A model generated the notes under the pieces. It saw only the letters and a program-made list of their open reading frames with translations. It was not told the origin of the DNA and ran no database searches. Of a DNA stretch of 64,000 nucleotides, positions 19,643-30,013 are shown one piece after another (position 1 is the first letter of the stretch; each line of letters begins with the position of its first letter). Where the stretch lies: the NCBI GenBank assembly GCA_965224705.1, contig OZ245056.1, forward strand, positions 1,952,001 through 2,016,000. Direction: 5' to 3'. The position numbers and the translations under genes were made by a program. The DNA comes from Spirochaetaceae bacterium. GTDB lineage: Bacteria > Spirochaetota > Spirochaetia > DSM-2461.

Positions 19643-21733
19643 ATGCCGGAAAAAATTACCATGGATCTGTTGACAGATGCAGGACTCAAATCAGCAGAGG
19701 CCAGAGCTGTCTTAGCGCATATCAATGAACTACTCACAACGAAGCCGCCGAAGGAGTGCTGGATTGAGCTTTGCACCTCTGTTCTGACACAAAACCACCC
19801 ATTCGAACTGCACCGAAAACTGCATGAAGCCGTGTTTAAGGATTGGGACCACTCCGAAGGACCGCCTCCCGCATGGTTCCCAACCGAAGCATTCATTGAC
19901 CAGACCAATGTTGGCCGAATGATGAAGAACATGGGATTTGAATCATACAATCAATTTCATGCATGGACTGCCGGGAATCGCAGTGAATTCTGGAAAAGCA
20001 TCACCTCAACACTCAATATCCGTTTTTCTGATCCCCCCTCCAGAATAGTGGATTTATCCCGGGGTATCGAACATCCAGAGTGGTTTCCAGGAGCAGCTCT
20101 CAACATCGTCGATTCATGCATTGATACAGATGTTCATGCTCCAGCCATAATCATATCCGGGGGGGGCAGTTCGTTGAGAACGATCAGCCGCCATGAACTC
20201 CTCTGCCAGGTCAACCGTGTTGCCAACAGCCTGAGCCAGGCAGGCCTTCTTCCTGGTACCGCCATTGCCATTGACATGCCCATGACAGCAGAATCATGTT
20301 TTATCTATCTGGGCATCATCAAGGCCGGATGTACCGCTGTATCGATAGCAGACAGTTTCGCTCCGGAGGAAATTGCCAAACGCATCAAAATTGGTAATGT
20401 TAGAGCTGTTTTTACCCAGGATTATCTGACAAGAGGGGACAAAATTTTACCCCTGTATGAAAAAGTTACCGCGGCAGACTCACCATTGACCATTGTACTG
20501 ACCTCCTCCGTAAGCACCGATGATGAGTCGCAGAGAATAACACTCCGCGATGGCGATATAACATGGAAAGACTTCCTCTGCGATGATACGGATTTCGATT
20601 CTGTAAAATGTACCCCGGATGCGATTATCAACATCCTCTTCTCTTCAGGAACAACCGGCACCCCGAAAGCCATACCCTGGACCCAGACAACACCCATCAA
20701 ATGTGCCGCTGACGGTCATCTCCACCATGATATTCGGCCCGGCGATGTTGCAGCATGGCCAACCAATCTTGGCTGGATGATGGGGCCCTGGCTCGTTTTT
20801 GCTGCTCTGATCAATCAGGGGACTATCGCCCTTTACAGTGATGTTCCAACCGACCGGCAATTCGGTCGATTTGTTCAGAATGCCGGTGTCAATATTCTGG
20901 GACTTGTGCCGAGTATGGTCCGCGCCTGGCGGAGCACGGACTGCATGCTCGGACTCGACTGGAGTTCCGTGCGGGTGTTCAGTTCAACCGGAGAGTGCTC
21001 CAGCGCCGATGATATGTTCTATCTCATGACCCTCGCAGGATACCGGCCTGTAATAGAGTACTGCGGCGGCACCGAAATAGGAGGAGGTTATATCTCCGGG
21101 ACAGTGGCAAGGCCGTCCGTTCCCGGAGTCTTTTCAACACCCTCACTCGGTATGGAGTTCGTTATTCTGGATGAGGAGGGACATGAAGCTGAAAACGGAG
21201 AGGTTTTTTTGATTGCTCCATCCATAGGGCTTTCTGTCAATCTGATCAACCGCAATCACCATGAAATCTATTACACCGGCACTCCTGCCCCGCCATCACG
21301 GCTGGCTGGTATCCTCCGGGAAGATGGACAGGAATACACAGTACGGCTTCGCCGCCATGGAGATCAGTGTGAACATCTGGGAGGGGGATATTTCCGCATG
21401 CATGGCCGGGTTGATGATACGATGAATCTTGGCGGCATCAAAGTAAGCTCGGTAGAAATTGAACGAATGCTGAATAAAATGGATGAGGTTCAGCAGACTG
21501 CGGCCATTGAAGTGTCTGACTCCAGCGGAGGTCCCGGCCGTCTGGTGATTTACGCAGTAACGGATGAACCTCTTACGGCCAATGAACTCAAAACGATGAT
21601 GCAGGAAGTAATCAAAAAACAGCTGAATCCCCTCTTCAGGATATATGATGTGGTAATCACAACAGAGCTGCCGCGTACCGCCTCAAACAAAATCATGCGC
21701 CGTGTTCTGCGCAAAAGCTATGATTGCACATGA
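19643..21733 (+). CDS. Acetyl-CoA synthetase-like acyl-activating enzyme (ANL superfamily)
   Basis: AMP-binding motif LFSSGTTGTPK, EYCGGTE, GRVDDTMNLGGIKV, LPRTASNKIMRR. Confidence 0.88.
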   Translation: MPEKITMDLLTDAGLKSAEARAVLAHINELLTTKPPKECWIELCTSVLTQNHPFELHRKLHEAVFKDWDHSEGPPPAWFPTEAFIDQTNVGRMMKNMGFESYNQFHAWTAGNRSEFWKSITSTLNIRFSDPPSRIVDLSRGIEHPEWFPGAALNIVDSCIDTDVHAPAIIISGGGSSLRTISRHELLCQVNRVANSLSQAGLLPGTAIAIDMPMTAESCFIYLGIIKAGCTAVSIADSFAPEEIAKRIKIGNVRAVFTQDYLTRGDKILPLYEKVTAADSPLTIVLTSSVSTDDESQRITLRDGDITWKDFLCDDTDFDSVKCTPDAIINILFSSGTTGTPKAIPWTQTTPIKCAADGHLHHDIRPGDVAAWPTNLGWMMGPWLVFAALINQGTIALYSDVPTDRQFGRFVQNAGVNILGLVPSMVRAWRSTDCMLGLDWSSVRVFSSTGECSSADDMFYLMTLAGYRPVIEYCGGTEIGGGYISGTVARPSVPGVFSTPSLGMEFVILDEEGHEAENGEVFLIAPSIGLSVNLINRNHHEIYYTGTPAPPSRLAGILREDGQEYTVRLRRHGDQCEHLGGGYFRMHGRVDDTMNLGGIKVSSVEIERMLNKMDEVQQTAAIEVSDSSGGPGRLVIYAVTDEPLTANELKTMMQEVIKKQLNPLFRIYDVVITTELPRTASNKIMRRVLRKSYDCT

Positions 21734-22002
21734 TAATAACGGATCTCACCGCAGTTAACTGAGCATGCAGAGAGAGCTTCATGCAGCGGTAGGCGACCGT
21801 GTGTCCAGACTCCACTGATACAGAAAGCCCTGTCCGGGGGGGCATAATCCAAATAAAAACAAGTATTGTACTCATTGGAGACTCCAGGGGGTGGAAGAAA
21901 TTATGGAGAACTCTTTACAATACATCCAATTCAATTCGGTGCACTCAATCTCAATTACCTGGATTCCAGGATCGCACCGTGGTTACAAACTAAGGAGTTA
22001 AT

Positions 22003-23901
22003 ATGAACCCCAAGTACGATGCCCTGTTGAAGGGTAAGATGTCTGATGAGAGTTATCAGCGGCTGGCTGTACTCAAAAATCAGAAAGTTTACGATTTCAT
22101 TGGAAAATTTGCGGAGCATTGTGAACCGGTCACCATCTATGTTGCCAATGACAGCCTGGAAGATGAGCAGTACATCAGAGAACAGGCTCTGGCCAAGGGA
22201 GAAGAACACAAACTTGCCCTTGATGGGCGCACCATCCATTGGGATGGCTATGGGGATCAGGCACGAGACAAAGGGAACACCAAGTACATAGTTTACCCAG
22301 AAAACATGGATCGCATGAAATCCCTCAACGCCCTTCCCTACGATGATGGCTACAAGGAAATCATGGACATTGCCAGGGGGAATATGAAAGGAAAGGACTG
22401 TATCGTTAAATTCTTCGCCGAAGGGCCGACAGAAAGCCCCTTCACCATTCCCTGTGTACAGTTCTCCGACTCCTGGTATGTTGCTCACTCCGAATCCATC
22501 CTGTACCGTCCTGGGTATAATCATTTCTTGAACATGAAGGAAGATGAAAAAGATGACTTCTTCCGCTTCATCCATTCCGCCGGTCAACTTGATGAACGAG
22601 GCTGCGTTGTCAATCTGGATAAACGCCGTATCTACATGGATCTTCAGAACAACATGGTGTACTCAATGAATGCCCAATATGCCGGCAACTCAGTCGGCCT
22701 CAAAAAGCATGCAATGCGGCTGGCCATCAATAAATCAGGCCAGGAGAATTGGCTTTGCGAGCACATGTTCATCATGGCCATTATAAACAAGTCCAGACGC
22801 AAAACATATTTTGCCGGTGCCTATCCATCAGCCTGCGGCAAAACCTCCACCGCCATGGTACCGGGAGAAGAAGTTGTGGGTGACGATATTGCTTATTTCC
22901 GCAACATCGATAACGAGTTCCGGGCCGTCAATGTTGAACAGGGGATCTTTGGAATCATCAAAGACGTGAACGCAGAGGATGACCCTGTAATTTTTGAGAA
23001 TCTCAAGAAGCCTCAGGAACTCATCTTCTCCAATGTTCTCCAGGGTGCAGATAATAATCCCTACTGGTTAGGTATGGGTGAGGATGCCCCCGACAGCGGC
23101 AAAAACCACCATGGTTCCTGGAAGAAAGGTGACCGGGATTCAAACAACAAAGAAGTGGGTGTTGCCCATCCCAACAGCCGATATACCATGCGTCTGGACT
23201 ACCTCTCCAACTTTGATCAGGAAGGCTTCGACGCCAAAAACGGAGTTGTGATTGAAGGACTGCTTTACGGAGGCCGCGACTCGGACACCACCGTTCCTGT
23301 TGAAGAATCCCCTTCCTATGCCAGCGGCATCCTTCTGAAGGCAGCCACCCTGGAATCGGAAACAACCGCTGCAACCCTGGGTACCGAAGGCGTACGGGTT
23401 GCCAGTCCCATGGCCAACATGGACTTTGTATCCTATCCCCTGGGAGAGTACACGGAAAACAACCTTAAGTTCACCAGGGGGATGAAGGCAGAACCCAGAG
23501 TGTTCAGCACGAACTATTTCATGCTCAGTCCAGAGGGTAAATTCATGACCAGTAAACTGGCCAAAAGAGTATGGCTGCACTGGGCAGAAGGTCGGGTGCA
23601 TGGTGAGTATGAAGGCTTTGCCACCCCCACTGGAACCATCCCATTGTATACCGATCTGAAAAAACTCTTCAAAGAGCTCTTGAATGAAGATTTCTCGGAA
23701 GCCGACTACCAGTATCTCTTTACTTTCCGCTGCACAAAATGGGTGGAAAAACTGGAACGCACTAAATCTTTCTTTGCCAAAATGGATGCCAATGTTCCAC
23801 AGCACATCTATGACTCATGGGAGAAGGCCATTGGTGAAATTGAAGCCGCCAGAAACAAGTATGGTGATGAAATTAAACCTGGTGATTTTAAGGGGTCCTG
23901 A
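22003..23901 (+). CDS. pckG: GTP-dependent phosphoenolpyruvate carboxykinase
   Basis: YAGNSVGLKK, WLCEHM, AYPSACGKT, VGDDIAY, HPNSRYT, YGGR; SD AAGGAG. Confidence 0.94.
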   Translation: MNPKYDALLKGKMSDESYQRLAVLKNQKVYDFIGKFAEHCEPVTIYVANDSLEDEQYIREQALAKGEEHKLALDGRTIHWDGYGDQARDKGNTKYIVYPENMDRMKSLNALPYDDGYKEIMDIARGNMKGKDCIVKFFAEGPTESPFTIPCVQFSDSWYVAHSESILYRPGYNHFLNMKEDEKDDFFRFIHSAGQLDERGCVVNLDKRRIYMDLQNNMVYSMNAQYAGNSVGLKKHAMRLAINKSGQENWLCEHMFIMAIINKSRRKTYFAGAYPSACGKTSTAMVPGEEVVGDDIAYFRNIDNEFRAVNVEQGIFGIIKDVNAEDDPVIFENLKKPQELIFSNVLQGADNNPYWLGMGEDAPDSGKNHHGSWKKGDRDSNNKEVGVAHPNSRYTMRLDYLSNFDQEGFDAKNGVVIEGLLYGGRDSDTTVPVEESPSYASGILLKAATLESETTAATLGTEGVRVASPMANMDFVSYPLGEYTENNLKFTRGMKAEPRVFSTNYFMLSPEGKFMTSKLAKRVWLHWAEGRVHGEYEGFATPTGTIPLYTDLKKLFKELLNEDFSEADYQYLFTFRCTKWVEKLERTKSFFAKMDANVPQHIYDSWEKAIGEIEAARNKYGDEIKPGDFKGS

Positions 23902-24012
23902 GTGTCAGAAAGCTTGTTAAATTAGAAAAGCATTTCGTTAATATAGCTGTTTTGATGACTTAGAAGCTTGTGATTATTAGAAACAGAGAGAATTCAACAA
24001 GCTTACTGACAC
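23902..24012. mobile_element. 111-bp MITE of the GTGTCAG-TIR family
   Basis: Ends GTGTCAGAAAGCTTGTT and AACAAGCTTACTGACAC; begins on the base after the pckG stop codon. Confidence 0.8.
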
Positions 24013-24119
24013 TTCGTAAGGGGTAGAATCATACTCAGGACCATGTCCGTATGACGCATTTCGGAGTGCCCGGAAGCTTGTCATTGACTTTGCTTTCTGA
24101 AAACTCATAGTATTCCCCC

Positions 24120-25019
24120 ATGAAGCCAAAAGCTCCACTGGCAATGATTGTCAATCCAAATGCCGGAAAAAAAACCGGCCGTCAAATCGCTGAAAACGCT
24201 GCTGCCCGGTTGAATGATGCCGGTCTGTCCGTACAGATGTTCATATCAGAGAAACCGGGAGGTACTCTTTCCATCGCCAGATCTCTCAGCCAGACAGAAT
24301 GGTCTGGTGTCATTGCTGTGGGTGGAGATGGTTCCCTGTTTGAGGTTCTCAACGGCCTGTGCTCTGATAAATCTGTGATTTCCATTCCCATTGGACAAAT
24401 TCCCGTGGGAACCGGCAACTCTTACATAAAGGATCTGGGAATATCCTCTGTGGACGATGCTGTTCAGTCGATTATAGCAGGCGAATGCTGTCTGGTAGAC
24501 CTGGGATGGTTTACCTGTAATTCTGTTCACTACCGCTTCATCAACCTCCTTGGAGTAGGATTTGTATCCAATGTCGCACGTCGATCAGCCAGGTATAAGG
24601 TATTTGGTGCCCGGAGCTATATCTTCGGTATTATTGAAGAAATAATCCATCTTGATCCTGTTCCGATTCGGCTGCAGGTGGACGACGAAGTAATTGAACG
24701 ACGTGCTATCTTTGTAGAAATTTGCAACTCCCGGTACACAGGCGGAGATATGCTCATAGCTCCATCAGCAAAAATTGATGATGGCTTACTTGATGTGGTT
24801 ATAATGAAAGACACCACAAGACTGAGAGCATTGAAACTGTTGCCGACAATTTTCACCGGAACCCATCTGGAGACACCCGAATTTGAAGTATTCCGCGGTC
24901 ATCACATAAAACTGGAGTCTGAACGTCCCATGGCCCTCACTCCCGATGGAGAGACGTTTGGAAGTACCCCTATTGAGGCCGGCATCGATTTAAAGGTTCT
25001 CCAGTTTTTCAATGCTTGA
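24120..25019 (+). CDS. Diacylglycerol kinase family (YegS/DgkB-like) lipid kinase
   Basis: IVNPNAG, GGDGS, PVGTGNSY, TGGDM.IAP.A.IDDG.LDV, PDGE. Confidence 0.9.
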   Translation: MKPKAPLAMIVNPNAGKKTGRQIAENAAARLNDAGLSVQMFISEKPGGTLSIARSLSQTEWSGVIAVGGDGSLFEVLNGLCSDKSVISIPIGQIPVGTGNSYIKDLGISSVDDAVQSIIAGECCLVDLGWFTCNSVHYRFINLLGVGFVSNVARRSARYKVFGARSYIFGIIEEIIHLDPVPIRLQVDDEVIERRAIFVEICNSRYTGGDMLIAPSAKIDDGLLDVVIMKDTTRLRALKLLPTIFTGTHLETPEFEVFRGHHIKLESERPMALTPDGETFGSTPIEAGIDLKVLQFFNA

Positions 25020-25050
25020 CCCGGCCCTGAACAGGTCGTATCATTATCTT

Positions 25051-25416
25051 ATGAGCAGCGTCTCTTCATGGATATCCAGCCTTGGAATGTGGCCCCTCAT
25101 CGTGGCCCTTCTTCTCAATTTTACGTTTCGGCGATACGGCAAGGCTGCCATCAAGAAAAGAATGGCGTCTCTTTATCATGCTCTTTCTGTGTTTGCTGTA
25201 ACGGTGATGGCCGCCTTCATTGTTCAGAAGGGACTTACCGATACAATTCTTGCCATCGGCGTTCTTATTGTTCTTGGAGTGCTCATCATTCTCAGAAAGA
25301 AGGCATTCCCCTACCAGCTTACCTGTGCTGAATGCAGCAAAAAACTCGATATTCGAACCATTTACTTCATGGACAACAATCTGTGTTCCAACTGCAGTGC
25401 CCTGTCGTCAACCTGA
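25051..25416 (+). CDS. Small membrane protein with three TM helices and a C-terminal CxxC...CxxC motif
   Basis: Hydrophobic segments, CAEC and CSNC. Start at ATG 25051 behind a TTGACC-17-TATCAT promoter. Confidence 0.65.
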   Translation: MSSVSSWISSLGMWPLIVALLLNFTFRRYGKAAIKKRMASLYHALSVFAVTVMAAFIVQKGLTDTILAIGVLIVLGVLIILRKKAFPYQLTCAECSKKLDIRTIYFMDNNLCSNCSALSST

Positions 25417-25437
25417 TCCAGATTTCCTGAACTTCAT

Positions 25438-27702
25438 TTACTTGCATCTGGACCATCCACAGGCCGGACATGTGGCACATCCCTCCCGAAACACCAGACC
25501 TGTTTCACACTCAGGGCAGCGTTTTTCCCCAGCAATTACTTCTTCCCCATCATGTATGTAGGTTTTAAGTACACGGCTGATAACACGTTCAAAATCCATG
25601 AACTGAGTATCCTTCTGGAGTTGTTTCACAATGAACTGCAAGGGGGCGCCATGCCTCAGTGCCATGGAGACAAATCGAGCCAGGGAGGCATTGGGCGAGT
25701 CGTATACGGCGGTAAAGTCCTCCAGAACCATGCGCGGATTCGCATCACCCATCACGAGATCGTATCGGTTTTTTTTCATCTTACGGACGACACCCCTGGT
25801 GTACCCATTGATTTTAACGCCTTCATGGTCTGGAACATCAATCCAGAAGACTTCATAGAGGCTGCCGTTCAAGTGACCTGTAATGATGATGTAGCTCTTG
25901 CCCCTCACTTTTATACGGTGAATTTCACAGGGTAATTCGTGGGGGCGGGCAGGGGTTTGATTGCGGGTAATCGTTATTTTTTCAGGTTTGTCAGAATATT
26001 CGAGAATGCCCTTCATGCTCCCTTCGGGATTAAATGTTGTAAATCCTTTCAAACCTTTTTTATAAGCGTAGAGAAAGAGTTTCTGATACTGATCAAAGGT
26101 GGTTCCCGGCGGTAAATTCAACGTCTTGGAGATTGAATGATCTATATTTTCCTGAATAGCGGCCTGTAAGTCAATTGAAGCAAAGGGATCAATATCGGCT
26201 GTCGTCACCATCCAGTCGGGAGGGCTGTCTTCACCGGTGAGTTCTTTCCATTGCAGCCATGCCAGGTCGTAGACCGTTTCGGTTTTAACTTCATCACCCC
26301 GGCCGACGCGGATGTTGCGGTCGTATTGAAGGGCAAAGGCCGGTTCTATACCGCTTGAACAGTTTTGTCCGACAGATAAACTGATGGTTCCGGTCGGGGC
26401 AACGGTGTTCATCTGTATGTTGCGAAGACCATACTCTGCAATTTGATCCCGTATATCAACAGGAAGTTTCCTGACGAAATTGGCGTTAAGGATTTTCCCG
26501 GCATCAAAGGCAGGGAAGGACCCCTTTTCCCTTGCCAGATCAGAAGATGCCCGATAAGACGCATCTCGAAGGGTACGCGACATCTCCGATGCAAACTCAA
26601 TGGACTGAGGGGAACCATATTTGATTCGAAGCAAACTCATTGCCGTTCCCAGAGCGGTGAAACCCAGCCCTATGCGGCGCCATTGTTTGGAAAAAGATTC
26701 AATTTTATCCAGCGGATAATCGGTGACATCCAGTACGTTATCCAGGAATCGGACCCCCAGACTCACAGACTCCGAAAAACTGTCATAGTCAAATTTCGCC
26801 TCTTCAGTAAATGGGTTTACCACGAATGCAGACAGGTTCATGGCCGCCAGGCAGCAGAGGGAATAGGCGGGCATAACAAGTTCCCCGCAAGGATTAACTC
26901 TATCCATCTGAAAGGCCCAGTAACCGTTATTAAACTTTTGCACCGTATCGAAATTGAAAATACCAGGTTCGTTGTGAATGTAGGCGTTCTGAGAAAGCTT
27001 ATTGTAGAGATCCCGGGCCTTAAGAGTTTTATACACCTTTCCGTTAAAATGAAGATTGAAATCTCCATCCTCTTCAACAGCACGAATGAATTCATCAGTC
27101 ACCTTTACTGAAATATTGAACTGAGTGAGCTCCTTATTCTTATCACCCTGCTTGACAGTAATAAACTCTTCTATATCAGGATGACTGATGTCCAGAAGTG
27201 CAATATGAGCACTGCGCCTCTGGCCGCCTGTCATAATTGTTTTTGCACTTTGATTGAATATTCTCAGGAAACTTACCACGCCGGAGGACTCTCCACCCCG
27301 GGAAAGGGCATCTCCTTTGGGGCGAAGTTTAGAGATATCAAAACCAACTCCTCCGCCCATTTTACTGATTCTGGCATCTTCAGCGAGGGATGTGTAAATT
27401 GATTCGAGAGAGTCTTCCACGTCAATTGTGAAACAATTATTATAGTTCTTCATTGGACTGTAAGAGCGGGCATTGGCAAGTATTCGTCCTGCAGGGATAA
27501 AACGGCCTGAGACAATCTCGCTGTAGAACTTTTCAGTGAACTCATCCTGAAGTTCTTTCGGCTCCGGGCTGGATATTTCAATGGCCACTTCACGAAATAC
27601 TTCCTGCGGAGTCTGCTCCTCGTGCAGCATGTATTTCCGTGAGAATATTTCCCTGCAAACAGCCTGTTTGAATTCAAATGTTTCTTTTTTGGTGTCTATC
27701 AT
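25438..27702 (-). CDS. nrdJ: Class II (adenosylcobalamin-dependent) ribonucleotide reductase
   Basis: PAGRILAN, NNCF, GGGVG, NPCGE, APTGTIS, C-terminal CPEC...CPACGWSRC. Start at MIDTKK with a purine-rich SD. Confidence 0.92.
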   Translation of the reverse strand: MIDTKKETFEFKQAVCREIFSRKYMLHEEQTPQEVFREVAIEISSPEPKELQDEFTEKFYSEIVSGRFIPAGRILANARSYSPMKNYNNCFTIDVEDSLESIYTSLAEDARISKMGGGVGFDISKLRPKGDALSRGGESSGVVSFLRIFNQSAKTIMTGGQRRSAHIALLDISHPDIEEFITVKQGDKNKELTQFNISVKVTDEFIRAVEEDGDFNLHFNGKVYKTLKARDLYNKLSQNAYIHNEPGIFNFDTVQKFNNGYWAFQMDRVNPCGELVMPAYSLCCLAAMNLSAFVVNPFTEEAKFDYDSFSESVSLGVRFLDNVLDVTDYPLDKIESFSKQWRRIGLGFTALGTAMSLLRIKYGSPQSIEFASEMSRTLRDASYRASSDLAREKGSFPAFDAGKILNANFVRKLPVDIRDQIAEYGLRNIQMNTVAPTGTISLSVGQNCSSGIEPAFALQYDRNIRVGRGDEVKTETVYDLAWLQWKELTGEDSPPDWMVTTADIDPFASIDLQAAIQENIDHSISKTLNLPPGTTFDQYQKLFLYAYKKGLKGFTTFNPEGSMKGILEYSDKPEKITITRNQTPARPHELPCEIHRIKVRGKSYIIITGHLNGSLYEVFWIDVPDHEGVKINGYTRGVVRKMKKNRYDLVMGDANPRMVLEDFTAVYDSPNASLARFVSMALRHGAPLQFIVKQLQKDTQFMDFERVISRVLKTYIHDGEEVIAGEKRCPECETGLVFREGCATCPACGWSRCK

Positions 27703-27746
27703 AGCTTCCCCCCATTCTTCATTGGTTCTCATTGTTTTTGGCCCCA

Positions 27747-27909
27747 GGAGCCTGTCGGACTTACGCCTCACGGCTCGATTTTTGCCCTTTTTTCCCGCTA
27801 CCGCGTTGCCAAAATACTCACGTAGCCCAGCTACGCTCCGTTTTTGCCGCCTTGTATCGGAAAAAAATCATCAAAAATCGCCTCGAAGTCTTAAAGTCCG
27901 ACAGACTCC
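27747..27909. mobile_element. 163-bp MITE, GGAG-TIR family
   Basis: Ends GGAGCCTGTCGGACTT and AAGTCCGACAGACTCC, flanked by CA/CA. Near-identical inverted copy at 53819-53978. Confidence 0.85.
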
Positions 27910-27911
27910 CA

Positions 27912-28095
27912 GGAGCCTGTCGGACTTTAAGACTCACAGATCTATTTTGCCTTCTCTCCGCCTTCATTCGTTTTCGCCTATCGCCCGGCACTCTCTCAGG
28001 CATTGCCTGCCTGCCTGCCTATCGGCAAACAGGTCGCCCTGCATCAGGAAAAATCATCGAAAATCGTCTTGCAGTCTTAAAGTTCGACAGACTCC
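27912..28095. mobile_element. 184-bp MITE, GGAG-TIR family (second subtype, tandem with the previous element)
   Basis: Ends GGAGCCTGTCGGACTTTAAGACT and AGTCTTAAAGTTCGACAGACTCC, CA/CA flanks. Its right half matches 51151-51216. Confidence 0.85.
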
Positions 28096-28151
28096 CAGAC
28101 GCATATAATGACTTGAAACAATCAGGTTTGACAAGTCAATAAAACTCTGAC

Positions 28152-28171
28152 AAACGCTATATATAGCGTTT
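28152..28171. promoter_or_regulatory. NrdR box (perfect 20-bp palindrome) upstream of nrdJ
   Basis: AAACGCTATATATAGCGTTT; the core ACGCTATATATAGCGT fits the NrdR consensus acaCwAtATaTwGtgt. An extended -10 (TGTTATAGT, minus strand) lies at about 28190-28198. Confidence 0.75.
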
Positions 28172-28276
28172 AGATTACTCTAAGTATCGACTATAACACT
28201 ATTAATCCTTTATCATTTTTTTTGATTTTTTTTCTGTTCTGATTTTTTTGAGACTTTTCGCTTACAATTTTCGACG

Positions 28277-29959
28277 CTACAGATTTTTTGTTGGATTGAG
28301 TTTGTCTTCATCTTCCAGAGAGGCCCTGGTTTCTTCAACAGCTCGAATTATCTCAGGGAGGAGCTGTTTTTTCCGGGAAAGGATACCGGGAAGGCTGAGG
28401 ATACCGTCAGGCATCACCTCATACGGAAGGGAACGGACAACTTTACTCAAACCTCTGGTTAAAAGGACACTGTCTTCCTTCATTATATCTGTGATAAGGA
28501 GCATGACACCATCCAGAGTCTGGGATTCCTTCGTTTGGGTGAGGGCCTTCTGCAGGTTTTCGGAGACATCTTCCAGCCCTGATAGAGTTTGAACTTCCAC
28601 CTGACCGATACCGAAACGAATTGAACCTGATTCGTAAATTTTGAAATCTTCATTGACAGCATTCATGGGTTCAATTTCTACCAGGCGGGCACCTGAAGCG
28701 AACATCTCCTGACCCCATACCGTCCAGTCAACATCCGCATGACGGGCAAGGCCTTCCGCAGTCTGTCTGTCCTCATCCGTGGTGGTGGGAGATTTGAGTA
28801 AAACCGTATCCGAAAGGATTGCAGAAAGCATAAGGAGGGCGATTTCTGTCGATATGGCAACACCGTGTTGTCTGTATAATTGACGGAGGATGGTGCAGGT
28901 ACAGCCCACGGGTCGAGTATAGAGACTGAAGGGGTTTCGAGACATGATTGCCCCAACACGATGATGATCAATAATCTCAAGGATGTCAGCATCCCTGGCT
29001 CCAGGAATGCTTTGATCCAGTTCATTGTGATCGACCAGGATCAGTTTATTCCGGGGTCTGTTGAGAAAAGAACCTCGAGAGACAATGCCCACAAATTGCC
29101 CATTATCGAAGACTGGTAATCCCCTCAGGCCCGATGAGGATAGAATTGACTTTGCCTGGTCAAAACCTGTACTGGCTTCAAGAAGTTCTATTTTCGTTTC
29201 AACAATTCTCTCCAGAGGGGTGCTGAAGCGCAGAAGCCGGACTGTCTCCGCTGTATCAACATCGGAGAGATAAACAGAACCCGTATACTGGGAAAAATCC
29301 AGCTCTGTAACTTCCTCCCTGGTAGCACCCGTCAGTATGACGGCCGGAAAGTCATTACTTATGGCGTAATCAACAAGATCACGGCGCATACCGACAATAA
29401 GCAATGCCTGATTTGTTTTCAGAGCAGTTATACACTCAACACTTCGTTCAAACGGCATGGCTCCAATCATGATGGGAACTGTGAAATCTTCTGCTATTCC
29501 CTTATGCATCACACAGCCTGGTACAACCTTGGCAAGATTGTCGATGCGGAAATGGTATGCAGGTCTGGCCCCAAAAGTTTCTCTCATAAGAAAATGGCTC
29601 ACTTCAACGCTGCTGACAATGCCCTTATAGCTGCCATCCTCATCAAAAACCGGCAGCAGACTCACTCCTGTTTCATCAAGCACTCCTATGGCCGACTGTA
29701 GAGGGTCTTTTAATTCAAGACGAGGCACATCTCTATCCACCACATCGGCTACTTTTGTCCTTACATCCTTCATATACTGCGGTGGTTCAATGCCCAGTTT
29801 CGAAAAAACTGATCTGGTCTGGGCGTTGATATTACCACAGCGAACAGGAATGTAGCTGTTGTTCGGATCCACTTTATTCTTCAAATGGGCGTATACATAA
29901 GCCGAAGCTATTGAGTCGAAATCGGGATTTCTATGTCCGGAAATATAGATTCTACTCAT
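28277..29959 (-). CDS. ppaC: Mn-dependent family II inorganic pyrophosphatase with CBS/DRTGG domains
   Basis: GHRNPDFDS, LVDHNE, IIDHH, ILSDT..KSPTTT, SRKKQ, with a CBS insert. Confidence 0.9.
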   Translation of the reverse strand: MSRIYISGHRNPDFDSIASAYVYAHLKNKVDPNNSYIPVRCGNINAQTRSVFSKLGIEPPQYMKDVRTKVADVVDRDVPRLELKDPLQSAIGVLDETGVSLLPVFDEDGSYKGIVSSVEVSHFLMRETFGARPAYHFRIDNLAKVVPGCVMHKGIAEDFTVPIMIGAMPFERSVECITALKTNQALLIVGMRRDLVDYAISNDFPAVILTGATREEVTELDFSQYTGSVYLSDVDTAETVRLLRFSTPLERIVETKIELLEASTGFDQAKSILSSSGLRGLPVFDNGQFVGIVSRGSFLNRPRNKLILVDHNELDQSIPGARDADILEIIDHHRVGAIMSRNPFSLYTRPVGCTCTILRQLYRQHGVAISTEIALLMLSAILSDTVLLKSPTTTDEDRQTAEGLARHADVDWTVWGQEMFASGARLVEIEPMNAVNEDFKIYESGSIRFGIGQVEVQTLSGLEDVSENLQKALTQTKESQTLDGVMLLITDIMKEDSVLLTRGLSKVVRSLPYEVMPDGILSLPGILSRKKQLLPEIIRAVEETRASLEDEDKLNPTKNL

Positions 29960-30013
29960 AAGTACTCCATTTTAGCATCAGTTCCAGGCTTTGACGATTC
30001 CTTTCGAGATATA

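Noticed and set aside
21734..22002. Hairpins upstream of pckG (ACCGC/GCGGT; CGGTGC...CCTGGATTCCAGG...GCACCG)
   Set aside because: No match to a riboswitch I recognise; single occurrence with modest stems.
27747..28095. Possible CRISPR array from recurring GTCGGACTT motifs
   Set aside because: The repeats are inverted pairs bounding 160-185-bp conserved interiors, not direct repeats with unique spacers; no cas genes.
27581..28142. ORFs of 136-175 aa spanning the nrdJ upstream region, and the 23-aa N-terminal extension of nrdJ in the ORF track
   Set aside because: They read through the two MITEs (repeated LKVRQTPR translation) and are not real genes.
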